Of a stretch of 36,136 nt of DNA, positions 17,566-25,209 are shown piece after piece. Position numbers and translations under genes: made by a program. The stretch comes from a virus (lineage: Duplodnaviria > Caudoviricetes): the IMG/VR virus record IMGVR_UViG_3300036773_000038, positions 1 to 36,136 of that record; one strand, 5' to 3'. Position 1 is the stretch's first letter. The number at the start of each line of letters is the position of its first letter. The notes beneath the pieces are model-generated. The model did not search any database. It saw only the letters and a program-made list of their open reading frames with translations, and was not told the DNA's origin.

Positions 17566-18935
17566 CAGGTTGCCGCCGTCACCGTCATGAACTGGACTTC
17601 CGCGGCGAACCGCACCATCGCACCGACGTATCCGAAGGTACCCATGCGAACGGCGGCCGGACCCACGATCTGGTCGTACTGGAAGTCGTACTTGTTGGAT
17701 TCCGCCAGGTAGATTGCCTGGCCGCGCGCGGTGTAGTACTTCTCGGGGTACGTGGTGTTGTCGAACCCGAACGAGAGGTAGGCAGAGGTACCTTCCGCAT
17801 CGCCGACGAGGCTGTTGCCCATGGCGCCGCTGGCGTTCTGCGGGGCATAGCGCTCCACCGGCATCAACGCGCGGCCGGTGGTGTCGCGCAGCTTGCGGAA
17901 GTCCGTGAACCGCCGGGCGTTCATCACGGTGATGTCCGCCTGGCCGCGCTTGTCAGCGGCAACCGCACCCTGCGCGGTGATCACACCGTTGAGCGCGGCC
18001 GACACACCGGACGCGATGGACGAGAACGCGGCTTCGTTCGCAAAGATGACACCGCTGTCGGTGGCACCCGCCGCGATCGTCGCGCACACGTAGGACTCCA
18101 CGGCGGCGTTCCACGCCGCGGCGATGTCCTCGGTCACCAGCGTGTCGGTGGCCGGGTTGCCCGCCACGAGAAACTGGCGCGAGATGTCCTGCCAGACCGC
18201 ACGCGCAACCGGGGTCAGCGTGTCGTCGGCGGTGGTGAACCGGTCCGCACCCCACCCGCCGTTGTTCACGCCTTCCGTGGTCTGGTTAGTGATGTTGGCG
18301 TCCACACCAACGGTCTGCCGACCCATGTTCAGGGCCCGCGGGTCATCGCCCAACGGGACCTGGCGGACCAGGTTGGCCACCACCCGCTGCGCGCGCGCCA
18401 GAGCGGCGAACTCCTCGATCAGCCACTTGGGCTGCACGGTACCAACACCGCCGGATGCCTGGGTGACGGCGCGGACACCCGAGAAGGTGTCGTACTCCGT
18501 CAAGCGCTTGATCGCGTTGGTGTCACCCATGTGGTGGGCGCGGAAATGGTCGGTGTACCACGAGTGGCCCGGGCCGCGTTCCTTGGCCGCACGGTAGTGA
18601 CCGGGGTCGCGCGGGCTGGTGCTCGATGCGCTGCGCACGGCTCCACCCTCGCCACCCTCACCGGCCGCGCTGCTGCCACCCTCGTCCAGCTCACCACCGT
18701 TGCTATCCGTGGTGGATACGGCGAGATCGGCGACGGCCTTCGCGCGGACCGCCTCGTCCACGTTGAACTTGATCGCGCGAAGTTCCCCGTCCAGCTTGAC
18801 GCCGGTCTCCGTGACCGAAGTCAGCTCGTCGGCGGTCAAGCCACGGGACTCGTCCTCCGCCTTTTTGATCACAGCAGCATTGGCCGCGCGGTATTCCTCC
18901 GCGCGCTTCTGTGCCTGCTCCAGATACGTTGGCAC
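17565..18935 (-). CDS. Major capsid protein (HK97 fold) with N-terminal scaffold-like domain
   Basis: Coiled-coil N-terminus (RGLTADE), GVGTVQPKWLIEEF, ISRQFL and LRDTTGRAL motifs; AAAGGGG RBS. Confidence 0.92.
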   Translation of the reverse strand: MPTYLEQAQKRAEEYRAANAAVIKKAEDESRGLTADELTSVTETGVKLDGELRAIKFNVDEAVRAKAVADLAVSTTDSNGGELDEGGSSAAGEGGEGGAVRSASSTSPRDPGHYRAAKERGPGHSWYTDHFRAHHMGDTNAIKRLTEYDTFSGVRAVTQASGGVGTVQPKWLIEEFAALARAQRVVANLVRQVPLGDDPRALNMGRQTVGVDANITNQTTEGVNNGGWGADRFTTADDTLTPVARAVWQDISRQFLVAGNPATDTLVTEDIAAAWNAAVESYVCATIAAGATDSGVIFANEAAFSSIASGVSAALNGVITAQGAVAADKRGQADITVMNARRFTDFRKLRDTTGRALMPVERYAPQNASGAMGNSLVGDAEGTSAYLSFGFDNTTYPEKYYTARGQAIYLAESNKYDFQYDQIVGPAAVRMGTFGYVGAMVRFAAEVQFMTVTAAT

Positions 18936-19060
18936 AACACACCCCTTTCGGTGCGCAAATGGTCAGATGGTCACATTCGCGCCCGGGGTGTCCGGCGTGG
19001 CGCCGGGGGTGTCGGACGACTTTGCTCGTCGTCACCAGGAGGGTAACACGGTGTGATGGC

Positions 19061-20278
19061 TTATCGGGCGATCTCCATGCGCGCCACGATGAGCCGGGCC
19101 TGCGCCAGGCGCTCCAGCGCGATGGCGTCATTGCGGTGGCTGTGGTCGCCGTAGCCACACTCGGGACAGGCCGACGACCGGACGCCGGTCACCGACGCAC
19201 CCGACCCGTACGCGCCCTCAGGGACGGCGGCCAGCTCGAACAGGTTGACCTTGGTCCGGTAGGTGACGCCGTCCGGCCGCACGACGGACCCGCCCGGGCC
19301 CTGATCGAACCCCACGGACTGCTCCGGCCGCGCACCCGAACGGATCTCGTCCAGGGTGCGGTCCCCGTCGGGATCGTCCGGCGCGATGAACGACTCCGTG
19401 TAGAGCCCGGCGGCTTCTGCCCGGGCGTATTTGATGTGGCCGACCTCAACCCCACCGTGGACAGAGTGGAGATTCCAGTACCCCACCCTATGGAGCGCGC
19501 GCACCTGATGGTCGATCGAGTGGGGCGCGAAGGCTTCCACCAGGTTGGCGTCGATGCGCTGCGGCTGGTCGAACGGCACCGCGTAGCCGACGATCGTCCG
19601 GCCGTCCCCGCCGGGCTTGAGCTCCAAGTCCGAGATCCCGGCCCGGTAGTGTCGGCGGCCGTCCTCCAGGGACCGGACGCCGGGGGTGCTGTCGGTGGTC
19701 CAGGTGTCCGGGATCCGCTGGGCCTGGCCGATGGCGTGCGCCCGGGCCGTCACGTGCTTACGGATGGCCGAACTCGACGCGTTGCCGCGACCGACGGCGT
19801 GCACGGCCTTGTCCAGGTCGGTCGCCCCGTGATTGTTCGCCGGGCGCACCGGGTACGACCCGTCCGGCATCGCCCAGCCCTGATCGGCGCAGTACTTGCG
19901 CGCGGCCGTGTTGAGGTCGGCGGCGTCTGGCGCGGTGATGTTGCCCTGGTCCATGGTGACCGTCGCCTCTCGAGGAAATACGGTGCCCGTGTTGTTCGCC
20001 ATCGTCACTGCCCTATGTCCCTCGGTGGCGCCGTGGTGAGCCTCGAACAGCGCCTTGCCTGCCGGGGTAGCGAGCATGACGTTCGTCGTCTCGCCCGCTG
20101 CCTGCGGGCCAACGTACTTGAGCAACAAACCGTGCAGCGTGGTCCACGGGGTCGGACTGACAGACCACTGGGCGAACCCCTCACCGACCGTCCAGTACGT
20201 CCACAGTGGATGGCCCGGCCCGAACGGCAGCCTGGAGGCGCGCACCGTTTCCATGAACTCCTCGGACACCTGCTGCAT
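19061..20278 (-). CDS. Capsid maturation protease (HK97-type) with two N-terminal accessory domains
   Basis: C-terminal RTIVGYAVPF...E.FAP...H...QSVGF...LFELAAV..GAY..A.V.GVRS; upstream YWT.GEG and AMPDGSYPV domains. Confidence 0.85.
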   Translation of the reverse strand: MQQVSEEFMETVRASRLPFGPGHPLWTYWTVGEGFAQWSVSPTPWTTLHGLLLKYVGPQAAGETTNVMLATPAGKALFEAHHGATEGHRAVTMANNTGTVFPREATVTMDQGNITAPDAADLNTAARKYCADQGWAMPDGSYPVRPANNHGATDLDKAVHAVGRGNASSSAIRKHVTARAHAIGQAQRIPDTWTTDSTPGVRSLEDGRRHYRAGISDLELKPGGDGRTIVGYAVPFDQPQRIDANLVEAFAPHSIDHQVRALHRVGYWNLHSVHGGVEVGHIKYARAEAAGLYTESFIAPDDPDGDRTLDEIRSGARPEQSVGFDQGPGGSVVRPDGVTYRTKVNLFELAAVPEGAYGSGASVTGVRSSACPECGYGDHSHRNDAIALERLAQARLIVARMEIAR

Positions 20279-21660
20279 CACTTGCCACCACCCTGGTTAC
20301 CGGCGGGGAGTTGAGGCGGGGCCAGCCGCTGCGCCTGGGCCTGGACGGGAGTACCGGGGTCCTGGCCCAAGATCTGCTTGTAACCCTCGTCCGTGATCGG
20401 AAGTTCCGTGTTGAGTTTCTTCTGCACCAGCGCGGTCGGCGCGTCGTCGATGCCCTCGATCGGCGGCATGTGTTCCTCCACGCGGATCTCGCTGTTGAGT
20501 TTCCATCCGGTCTGCCGGGCAACGAGGTTGGCTTGGTAGCGCTGCAACTGGTCGGACTTCAGGAACTCGTCCAGGTTGGCCTTGACCTTGGTTCCCCGCG
20601 GGAACACGAGGGATAGGGTCTGTTCCCACTGGGTGAAATACCCACCCATGGTGTCTCGCAACAGTTCCTTGCCGCCGGTCTCGGAGGTGGCGTAGGTCAG
20701 ACCGTCCGATGTGGACGCACCGACGAACTTCGGCGGGACGCGCATGATGTTCGCCAGTTGCAGCAAGGTGAACTGCCGGGCCTCGATCATTTGCATCTGA
20801 TCCGGGTTCCAGGCCAGTGGTTTGAAGTCCACCGCGCTGTTCATGACGGCCACGCCGGAGTGGTCACGTGCGGCAAGCCACTGGTCGGCCGCGTTGCGCA
20901 TCCGATCTTGCATGGTCATGGGCTTTTTGCCGTTACGATCGGGCTTGTCCGAGATATTGTCGTTGAGGAATCGCAGGATGCCAGCCGGGACGCCGTGGCG
21001 CGCCATCTTCTGTGCTTCGCGTTCCTGTTCGTGCGCGGTCTCAAAGGTGGTATCGAGGAACATTTCTAGGACCCCGGCACCGCGCAACGCCCCGGGTGCG
21101 CACGGACCCTTGATATGGATCACGTCGTCCGAGCCGAACGTGCGCGATCCCACCAGGTACTCGATGGATCCGATCGGGAGCATGGTGCTCAACGCGTTCG
21201 CCGGAACGATGCGCCGCACGCCCACCCAACTGGCAGGGACCGGCCACACGGCGGTCGGTGTGCCCTGCGGGTTGCGCGCCGCCTTGATCAGGATCGCGTT
21301 CCCGTCGTGAATGTAGTCCATCATTCCCGAGCGGAACGTGGTGAACTGGGTGTCCGGCGGGGCAGGCTGCTCCAACAGCATCGGGCGCGGCGAAATCAAC
21401 TCGGGGTCGTCTCGCCCGTGTTCGGTATAGGTGTCCCATTGGACCTGGGCGAGCAGTTCGGCAACCAGCAGAGTCGCTTTCCACACGGCCGGGATGCGCA
21501 TCGCACCGCGGTAGGTCCACATGTTGGCCTGGGAACCGCCATATTGGCCACCGAAACCGCCGTTGAATCGGCCCTCAAGCTGGCCACCAATCGTGAGGGG
21601 CCCGACGTTGCCTCCGCCAATCGGCCCAATCGCGCGATATTGGCGCCTGCCCAGCCCCAT
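20278..21660 (-). CDS. Portal protein (HK97 family)
   Basis: AMRIPAVWKA, DGNAIL, DDVIHIKG, QMIEARQF...IMRVPP motifs. Confidence 0.93.
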   Translation of the reverse strand: MGLGRRQYRAIGPIGGGNVGPLTIGGQLEGRFNGGFGGQYGGSQANMWTYRGAMRIPAVWKATLLVAELLAQVQWDTYTEHGRDDPELISPRPMLLEQPAPPDTQFTTFRSGMMDYIHDGNAILIKAARNPQGTPTAVWPVPASWVGVRRIVPANALSTMLPIGSIEYLVGSRTFGSDDVIHIKGPCAPGALRGAGVLEMFLDTTFETAHEQEREAQKMARHGVPAGILRFLNDNISDKPDRNGKKPMTMQDRMRNAADQWLAARDHSGVAVMNSAVDFKPLAWNPDQMQMIEARQFTLLQLANIMRVPPKFVGASTSDGLTYATSETGGKELLRDTMGGYFTQWEQTLSLVFPRGTKVKANLDEFLKSDQLQRYQANLVARQTGWKLNSEIRVEEHMPPIEGIDDAPTALVQKKLNTELPITDEGYKQILGQDPGTPVQAQAQRLAPPQLPAGNQGGGK

Positions 21661-21896
21661 CAGGCACGCGTCCGGCGGTCGATGACGGCCTGCCGGACCG
21701 CACAGTCCTTGGCTTCAACGAGCTTGCGCAGCCCGGCACTCAACTCCGGCCCGTCGGCGAGCAGGTAAAGCAGATTCGTGGCGAGGTTGTGGAACGGCTC
21801 GCTGATCTGCTGAAGATGCTCCGGTAGGTGCGCGTACTCGAACAGGGGCGCGAAGTGCGCGACGCTCGGATGACGTCCTGCCCACTTGTCGGCCAT
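21660..21896 (-). CDS. 78-aa helical-hairpin protein, Acb2/Tad1-hairpin-like
   Basis: FEYAHLPEHLQQISEPFHNLA...GPELSAGLRKLVEAKDCAVR; TGATG overlaps on both sides; the family link is inferred. Confidence 0.7.
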   Translation of the reverse strand: MADKWAGRHPSVAHFAPLFEYAHLPEHLQQISEPFHNLATNLLYLLADGPELSAGLRKLVEAKDCAVRQAVIDRRTRA

Positions 21897-22198
21897 CACG
21901 CCTGCCTTTCCAGGACTGTGGACGCGGTGAGAACGGCGATGCCGGTCACCATGAGGCCGATCGCAGCACCCCATTCGAGGAACACGCCGGTGCTCGCCGC
22001 GGCACCACCCACGAACTGGGCGAGGGTGAATCGGCCCTGAATCGCCACGACGAGCGCCTTGGCGCCGGTGACGAGGGTCTTGCGCCGGGACCGGCTCGCC
22101 AGGCCGCGCAGCGCCCCTACGGCCCCCCGCAACCAGCCGGGCGCGCGGTGCCGGGGCCCGTCGCCGGTAATTTCCGGCCAGCCCACCAGTTCGGTCAT
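21896..22198 (-). CDS. Small membrane protein between terminase and portal
   Basis: Two C-terminal hydrophobic segments; GGGAG RBS. Confidence 0.7.
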   Translation of the reverse strand: MTELVGWPEITGDGPRHRAPGWLRGAVGALRGLASRSRRKTLVTGAKALVVAIQGRFTLAQFVGGAAASTGVFLEWGAAIGLMVTGIAVLTASTVLERQA

Positions 22199-22208
22199 GT
22201 CTGCTCCC

Positions 22209-24002
22209 TCACCACGCCGCGATGAGCAGCGGTTCTACGTCGTCTATCTCGGCTGGCAGGTTGCGTGCGCCGTGCACGGCAGCTGCCATACTGTATACCG
22301 CGTCCACATGGGACTTGCCGTTGCGGACGATCACGAACCCGTCACCGACGACTTTCTTCCCGGCATTCTCAACCTGCGCGTTGAACAGCCGATCGTTCGG
22401 GTGCAGCACGCTGCGGTAGCGGACCAGGTCCACGAACTCCATGCACGTCTCGGTGACCTCACTCCCGGTGATCTCGTCGACGTCCACGTCCTCGTCGGCG
22501 AGCGCGCGCAGCTCCGCGCCGATCGCGGCGGCCGGGCCATTCTTGAACCACCGGATCACCCGCGGTTGTAGACGGGCGACGATGTCCGGCAGGGCCTTGC
22601 GCACGGCGTGCGTCGACTCCCACGCGCCCACCGGCTCTACCCGGTACCGGCCATCCGGCAGGCCCGTCGCAATCGAGGCGGTCACATGTAGGCCGTCCAG
22701 CGACACGTCAATCCCGAACGCGATGCGGTCGCGCGAGCTGGCCAGGGACCCGCCGGGGTCGATACCGCCTTCCCAGCCGCTCATGTCGAACGCCCCCGTC
22801 AGGGAGGCGACGCGCTGGCACAGAACCTCCGTACGGAATCCCTCGGGAGTGTCATTTTCCAGCGACGACCAGATCTCGTTGATATCGAACAGGTACCCCA
22901 ACGCCGGGTTGGACTGCCGGATGGCGTCGACATCGCGCAATTCGCAACCCTCCGGAGCGGAGTATTCCGCCATGAATGTCTGCAACGAGTCCTCGTCACC
23001 AGTGCCCTGCTCGATGACGAGGGTTGCCTTCTCTTGTAGGTCATTGAGTAGGACGCTGTTGTCATCACCGGCGTTCGAGAAGCCCCACAACTGTCCCTTG
23101 GGGACGGCGCGGATGGTGGGCCGCAATGCGTTCCAGGCGGCCCGGTCCCGGTGCTCACGCAATTCGTCCATGTCCACATGATCGGCCGACGGGCCACGAC
23201 CAGCCTTGCCGTTCGGCGCCTTGATCACGTATTCGCGATTATGGGTGAGGGTCAGTTTTTCTTTGCCATTGGCCACCGTGTGACTGATTTTGTCACCGGC
23301 CAGTGCCGGGCATTTGTCAATCATCTCATTGGTTTTGGCCAGCATCATCCGCGCAATATCGAGATCCTGCGCGGTGCCAATGATGAGTTTCATGCCCAGC
23401 ACATACATCTTGAACAGCTTGACCTTACGGGAGATATCCGATTTCCCGTTCTGGCGGGCCACGATGACCAGGATGACCTTGAATCGGTAGCGCCACACCG
23501 CGTCCTCGGTGGTGCACCCCGGCGCCAGCTCGAACGCATGCACCGCGAGCCACGCCTGCCAGGGCAGCAGGGGCTCGCACAGCACCTCGTGACAGAACTC
23601 GATGAACGCGAACCCGAGCGTCGTGCTCGGGGTCAGCTCGCGCAACGGTGGCGTGAACAGCCGGGGCGTGGTGCAGCCCAGCGGGCCCGGGTACTGCGGC
23701 GTCATCTCGGTGACCATGACGCCGGGGCCCAGCGAATCCGCCGGCTCTTCCCTCTGTGGGTAAGAGGTTGCAGGTTCATCTACTTGCCGGAGGTCTAGGG
23801 CCATCACCGCCGGACGCTGGACAGTGGCAACGTCCGGCGGCGTGACGGCCCCGGTGGGCGCCTTCCCCACACCGCGCCGATCCCGTGGCTTGCAGGTGTA
23901 GCAGAGCACGCGCGGCCGACCCCGGACCGGGCGCTGGAACGCCGCCCCGCAGTCCCGGCACTTCGCGCCGACGGTGGCCGCCGTCTCGGCGACGTCAGGC
24001 AC
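22209..24002 (-). CDS. terL: Terminase large subunit (start uncertain: GTG 24002 or ATG near 23718)
   Basis: LLPWQ, Walker A VARQNGKS, Walker B VDMDELRE, SNPALG, nuclease FGIDVS and HVDAV motifs. Confidence 0.92.
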   Translation of the reverse strand: MPDVAETAATVGAKCRDCGAAFQRPVRGRPRVLCYTCKPRDRRGVGKAPTGAVTPPDVATVQRPAVMALDLRQVDEPATSYPQREEPADSLGPGVMVTEMTPQYPGPLGCTTPRLFTPPLRELTPSTTLGFAFIEFCHEVLCEPLLPWQAWLAVHAFELAPGCTTEDAVWRYRFKVILVIVARQNGKSDISRKVKLFKMYVLGMKLIIGTAQDLDIARMMLAKTNEMIDKCPALAGDKISHTVANGKEKLTLTHNREYVIKAPNGKAGRGPSADHVDMDELREHRDRAAWNALRPTIRAVPKGQLWGFSNAGDDNSVLLNDLQEKATLVIEQGTGDEDSLQTFMAEYSAPEGCELRDVDAIRQSNPALGYLFDINEIWSSLENDTPEGFRTEVLCQRVASLTGAFDMSGWEGGIDPGGSLASSRDRIAFGIDVSLDGLHVTASIATGLPDGRYRVEPVGAWESTHAVRKALPDIVARLQPRVIRWFKNGPAAAIGAELRALADEDVDVDEITGSEVTETCMEFVDLVRYRSVLHPNDRLFNAQVENAGKKVVGDGFVIVRNGKSHVDAVYSMAAAVHGARNLPAEIDDVEPLLIAAW

Positions 24003-24405
24003 CGACGCGCCCTTGCAGGTTGTGCAACTTGACTTGGCCAGGGACCGGGCCGGTGGCACCGGTGGGCACCAGCTTGGCAATCTTGGCTCGGGCCATCGGC
24101 GTTGCCCCGAGGGCTTCCAGCACGGCGAGCAGTTTGGGCCCAAGGTCGGCGACCGCCATCCGCGCGGAGAGCTTCCGGCGCAGCGCGTCCAGGGCTTCCT
24201 GTTCCTCGCCGGAGCACAGGCCCTCCGCGATCACGGCTTTGATGATCTTGTCAGCACCCCGCTCCGACCACACCGCGTCATCGAGCTGCTGGCCGAGACG
24301 GACGGCCAGTTGCTCTACCGCGGCGTCGGCGGGCCCCAAGGCGAGCTGGCCCAGCGTGTCCAATATGGCAGGTGTCAAAAGGCGCTCGGTGCTGGTCAGG
24401 GCCAT
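23995..24405 (-). CDS. terS: Terminase small subunit
   Basis: GPKLLAVLEALGATP.AR motif; GGAGG RBS; directly upstream of TerL. Confidence 0.8.
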   Translation of the reverse strand: MALTSTERLLTPAILDTLGQLALGPADAAVEQLAVRLGQQLDDAVWSERGADKIIKAVIAEGLCSGEEQEALDALRRKLSARMAVADLGPKLLAVLEALGATPMARAKIAKLVPTGATGPVPGQVKLHNLQGRVGA

Positions 24406-24753
24406 ATCACGTACCTCCGCTACACCGGGCGCTACCCGACTGCCGTCATTATGCCTGACCGGCGGCCAAAAGAGCCAACAACGCGACCACGCCACGTGAC
24501 CGATCACCGTCCGTGGCTTGACACCCGCTACACAAGTTGATCATCACAGCCGCTACACAAGATCAAAAAGCGGGATGATTTCATGATCCACTTTCGACCC
24601 GATCACGACGGACCAATCGAAACACGAAAAAGATCATGAAAATGACCCTGTTTTTGAACGTTCAAGTCGATCATTTTAGGGCTCTGACCTGCGCAAACGC
24701 GGGGAGAGGGAATCATAGGAACGGGGATCTTGTAGATCATGCCCGATCGGAAA

Positions 24754-24808
24754 AACCGCAGGTCAGAGGCTTGTGATGTTGATCTACATAACCGCAGGTC
24801 AGAGGCTT
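24754..24808 (+). repeat. 19-bp exact direct repeat AACCGCAGGTCAGAGGCTT
   Basis: Copies at 24754-24772 and 24790-24808; inverted related copy CTGACCTGCGCAAAC at 24684-24698. Confidence 0.9.
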
Positions 24809-24867
24809 ATTGATCATCCACTGTAGACTCATGATCATCTGACGATGGATGGTGACATGTTGACCTT

Positions 24868-24912
24868 CTATAGCACCGCTACACAGGACGATCTTGTATA
24901 GCGGTGCTATAG
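24868..24912. repeat. 21-bp imperfect inverted repeat (terminator or protein-binding palindrome)
   Basis: CTATAGCACCGCTACACAGGA / TCTTGTATAGCGGTGCTATAG with two mismatches, just downstream of the HNH stop. Confidence 0.8.
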
Positions 24913-24930
24913 GGGTGGTGATCAGCGGAT

Positions 24931-25209
24931 TCACCACCAACCACCGGGCGATGGTGACGGATCGTACTGGGTTGGGTCGCCGATCTCCAGGTTGCAGTGC
25001 CGGTGCACGGCCACCAGGTGGGCCGGATCGTCGCCGGTCAGTCGGCGGGATCCCGTGTGGTGAACCTGCGGCGCCATCGGGTCGTCGCGCGGCGCGCTGC
25101 GCGGGATCGGCTGGTGGCACTCCTGGCAGACCCACTTGTCCCGTTCGAGGACGAACTTGCGCACCTTGGCCCAGGCCGACCCGTGTCCAGTCTTCCACGA
25201 GTTACTCAC
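24931..25209 (-). CDS. Terminase-associated HNH endonuclease
   Basis: W.KVRKFVLERDKWVCQEC...QVHH...LVAVHRHCN; GTGA overlap with the polymerase stop; adjacent to the cos-like region. Confidence 0.88.
   Translation of the reverse strand: MSNSWKTGHGSAWAKVRKFVLERDKWVCQECHQPIPRSAPRDDPMAPQVHHTGSRRLTGDDPAHLVAVHRHCNLEIGDPTQYDPSPSPGGWW

Larger units (their letters stand above)
24410..24930. other. Non-coding repeat-rich region, probable cos/packaging site and late promoter
   Basis: AT-richer gap between HNH and TerS; many GATCA motifs, CCGCTACAC repeats, a 19-bp direct repeat and a 21-bp inverted repeat. Confidence 0.65.

Noticed and set aside
18911-20314. 467-aa plus-strand ORF
   Set aside because: Antisense to the prohead protease; no motifs
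24754-24808. 19-bp repeats (and the 24-bp repeats at 7229) as a mini CRISPR array
   Set aside because: Only two copies, with a 17-bp gap or no spacer; better explained as binding sites and a slippage duplication
24737-25198. 153-aa minus-strand ORF extending into the cos-like region
   Set aside because: Alternative frame of the HNH gene; its tail (KPLTCG twice) is just the translated DNA repeat
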